From IMG/VR virus record IMGVR_UViG_3300045988_157568: a stretch of DNA of 64,000 bases; one strand, 5' to 3'. Below the pieces are notes generated by a model. The model had not been told where the DNA came from. It searched no databases and saw only the letters and a program-made list of their open reading frames with translations. A program made the translations under genes and the position numbers. This document shows, in pieces, positions 62,881-64,000 of the stretch. Positions within the stretch are counted from its first letter, which is position 1, and every line of letters starts with the position of its first letter. The DNA comes from a virus.

Positions 62881-62905
62881 TATCGGCGGTATTAAACCGC
62901 CGATA
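62881..62905. other. GC-rich intergenic hairpin, core CGGTATTAAACCG
   Basis: 10-bp stem TATCGGCGGT / ACCGCCGATA with loop ATTAA. A T-run follows only on the plus strand. Confidence 0.5.
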
Positions 62906-62911
62906 TTGTTT

Positions 62912-63214
62912 TTAGTCGTTGTATTCAGCGAATGATTGAATTTTTTGTCTAACATCATCTGTCAAACCTAAACTATTCAGATTTTCTGATATAGTTTTTT
63001 TCGTTCCATATAATTGTACTGTTGGTTGGCTGTCAACCAACAAAAATATTAACCCAAGATATCCACAACGTACAACACAAATATTATGCGTTATTCCGTC
63101 AATAGTATCTGTGTTACTATATAGTATGGGTTGTTTATCCCAAATAGTGGGATTTATTTTTACGTCAATATTTTTTATATTGACATTAATATTTTTAAAA
63201 CGTTTAAAATCCAT
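62912..63214 (-). CDS. hypothetical early protein
   Basis: 100-aa ORF preceded by AAAAGGGG. Confidence 0.5.
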   Translation of the reverse strand: MDFKRFKNINVNIKNIDVKINPTIWDKQPILYSNTDTIDGITHNICVVRCGYLGLIFLLVDSQPTVQLYGTKKTISENLNSLGLTDDVRQKIQSFAEYND

Positions 63215-63234
63215 TTAAAATTCCCCTTTTCTTT

Positions 63235-63259
63235 TGGGACGGTATTAATACCGTCCCAT
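63235..63259. other. GC-rich intergenic hairpin, core CGGTATTAATACCG
   Basis: 11-bp stem TGGGACGGTAT / ATACCGTCCCA with loop TAA. The loop-proximal sequence matches that of the 62881 hairpin. Confidence 0.5.
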
Positions 63260-63333
63260 ATTATTTTAAAACCACCTAAACCATTTAAAATGATTTTTTC
63301 TTTTTCGTCTGTAATAACTAAATATTATTCTCA

Positions 63334-63873
63334 TTATTTAGCTTCCACCTTTTTACTTTTTTCTGTTGTATTTGTTGATGTTTTCGTTGATGTTTTCGTT
63401 GGTGTTGATTTTTGCGTTGTTGTAGATTTTTTTGTAGTACGTTTTCGTGTACCGTTTATATATTTAAAACTGAATGGAATATATTGAATTATTCCATCAA
63501 TCGGCAACAAAATTGTACCACGTTTTAATATTTCACTGTCCAGATAGACTATTCTATTTAACAGTCTATTCTCAAATTTTAAATAAACCATTTCCACTGT
63601 GCCCCCTGTGATACTGTCATAGGCTGTGCCTATGTGATATATTTCGGTGACATCTGATAGGTCTATACACCAACCACCAGCCACAATACCGTAGGTATCA
63701 GTGTATTTTCTACTATTGAATGATGTCTTCAACCATTCAATAAATGCCACCGTTGCTTTTTCCGTTAACTCTGTGTTTTCGTCATTGTTTATGACGAACT
63801 CAACTTTTTTACCGACGATTTTAATACTGTCGGTTATTGTGTTTGTGTTTGTTACTGTGTTTGTCTTTTTCAT
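63334..63873 (-). CDS. hypothetical early protein with Thr/Lys-rich low-complexity tail
   Basis: 179-aa ORF. The C-terminus is TRKRTTKKSTTTQKSTPTKTSTKTSTNTTEKSKK. Confidence 0.5.
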   Translation of the reverse strand: MKKTNTVTNTNTITDSIKIVGKKVEFVINNDENTELTEKATVAFIEWLKTSFNSRKYTDTYGIVAGGWCIDLSDVTEIYHIGTAYDSITGGTVEMVYLKFENRLLNRIVYLDSEILKRGTILLPIDGIIQYIPFSFKYINGTRKRTTKKSTTTQKSTPTKTSTKTSTNTTEKSKKVEAK

Positions 63874-63957
63874 AATCTTTTCTTCCTTTCTTTTTTCGAC
63901 CGTTTTTTTTTTATTTGTTTATAGTTTATATACAGTCTGTTTATTGACTGTATCTAT

Positions 63958-63986
63958 ACTATACTACTATTATTCGCGAATGTCAA
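63958..63986 (-). promoter_or_regulatory. sigma-70-type promoter TTGACA-17-TATAGT
   Basis: Minus strand: TTGACA (63986-63981), a 17-nt spacer, TATAGT (63963-63958). The ATACAGTC/GACTGTAT inverted repeat (63929-63955) lies in the leader. Confidence 0.6.
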
Positions 63987-64000
63987 TAGTTTTTATACAA

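Noticed and set aside
62881-63259. The two GC-rich intergenic hairpins as ordinary rho-independent terminators of the early operon
   Set aside because: On the transcribed minus strand the stems are followed by A-rich sequence, not a U-tract. The U-tract exists only for plus-strand (antisense) transcripts.

Overview
The window is about 64 kb of a low-GC, Firmicutes-type contractile-tailed dsDNA phage genome with a PBSX/XkdX-style tail module. No integrase or repressor module is visible. Every credible gene lies on the minus strand, so transcription runs right to left. In that order the window contains: (1) small early genes behind consensus sigma-70-type promoters (63.9-62.5 kb); (2) a 1.3-kb repeat-dense non-coding region (61.2-62.5 kb) with a GC-rich purine/pyrimidine-alternating tract, an 84-nt almost pure A/T tract, palindromic operator-like sites and several iteron families, which is a candidate origin or regulatory hub; (3) a 1.2-kb ORF-free, promoter-driven, helix-dense locus with an embedded tRNA-like module (59.4-60.6 kb), which is my top candidate for a large structured ncRNA; (4) a very acidic SAP-motif protein and an ATP-dependent DNA ligase; (5) the packaging, head and tail genes: intein-containing large terminase, portal, scaffold, major capsid, connector proteins, sheath, tube, a tail chaperone with a canonical -1 frameshift site, a 1986-aa tape measure, baseplate proteins and tail fibre; (6) the lysis cassette: XkdX-like, XhlA-like, an apparently catalytically dead NlpC/P60-like protein, amidase and holin; (7) the replication and recombination module: SF2 helicase, MerR-like protein, DnaC-like loader, DnaB, primase, gp32-like SSB, HU-like protein, PolA with two inteins, an RHH regulator, RecA/UvsX-like with an intein, nucleases, two NTP-pyrophosphohydrolase-like genes and a C5 methyltransferase. 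There are four inteins in three essential genes. Two genes (methyltransferase and primase) have interrupted reading frames. All calls come from reading the sequence and the ORF translations by eye. No database search was run. Plus-strand ORFs in the track look like antisense artefacts.
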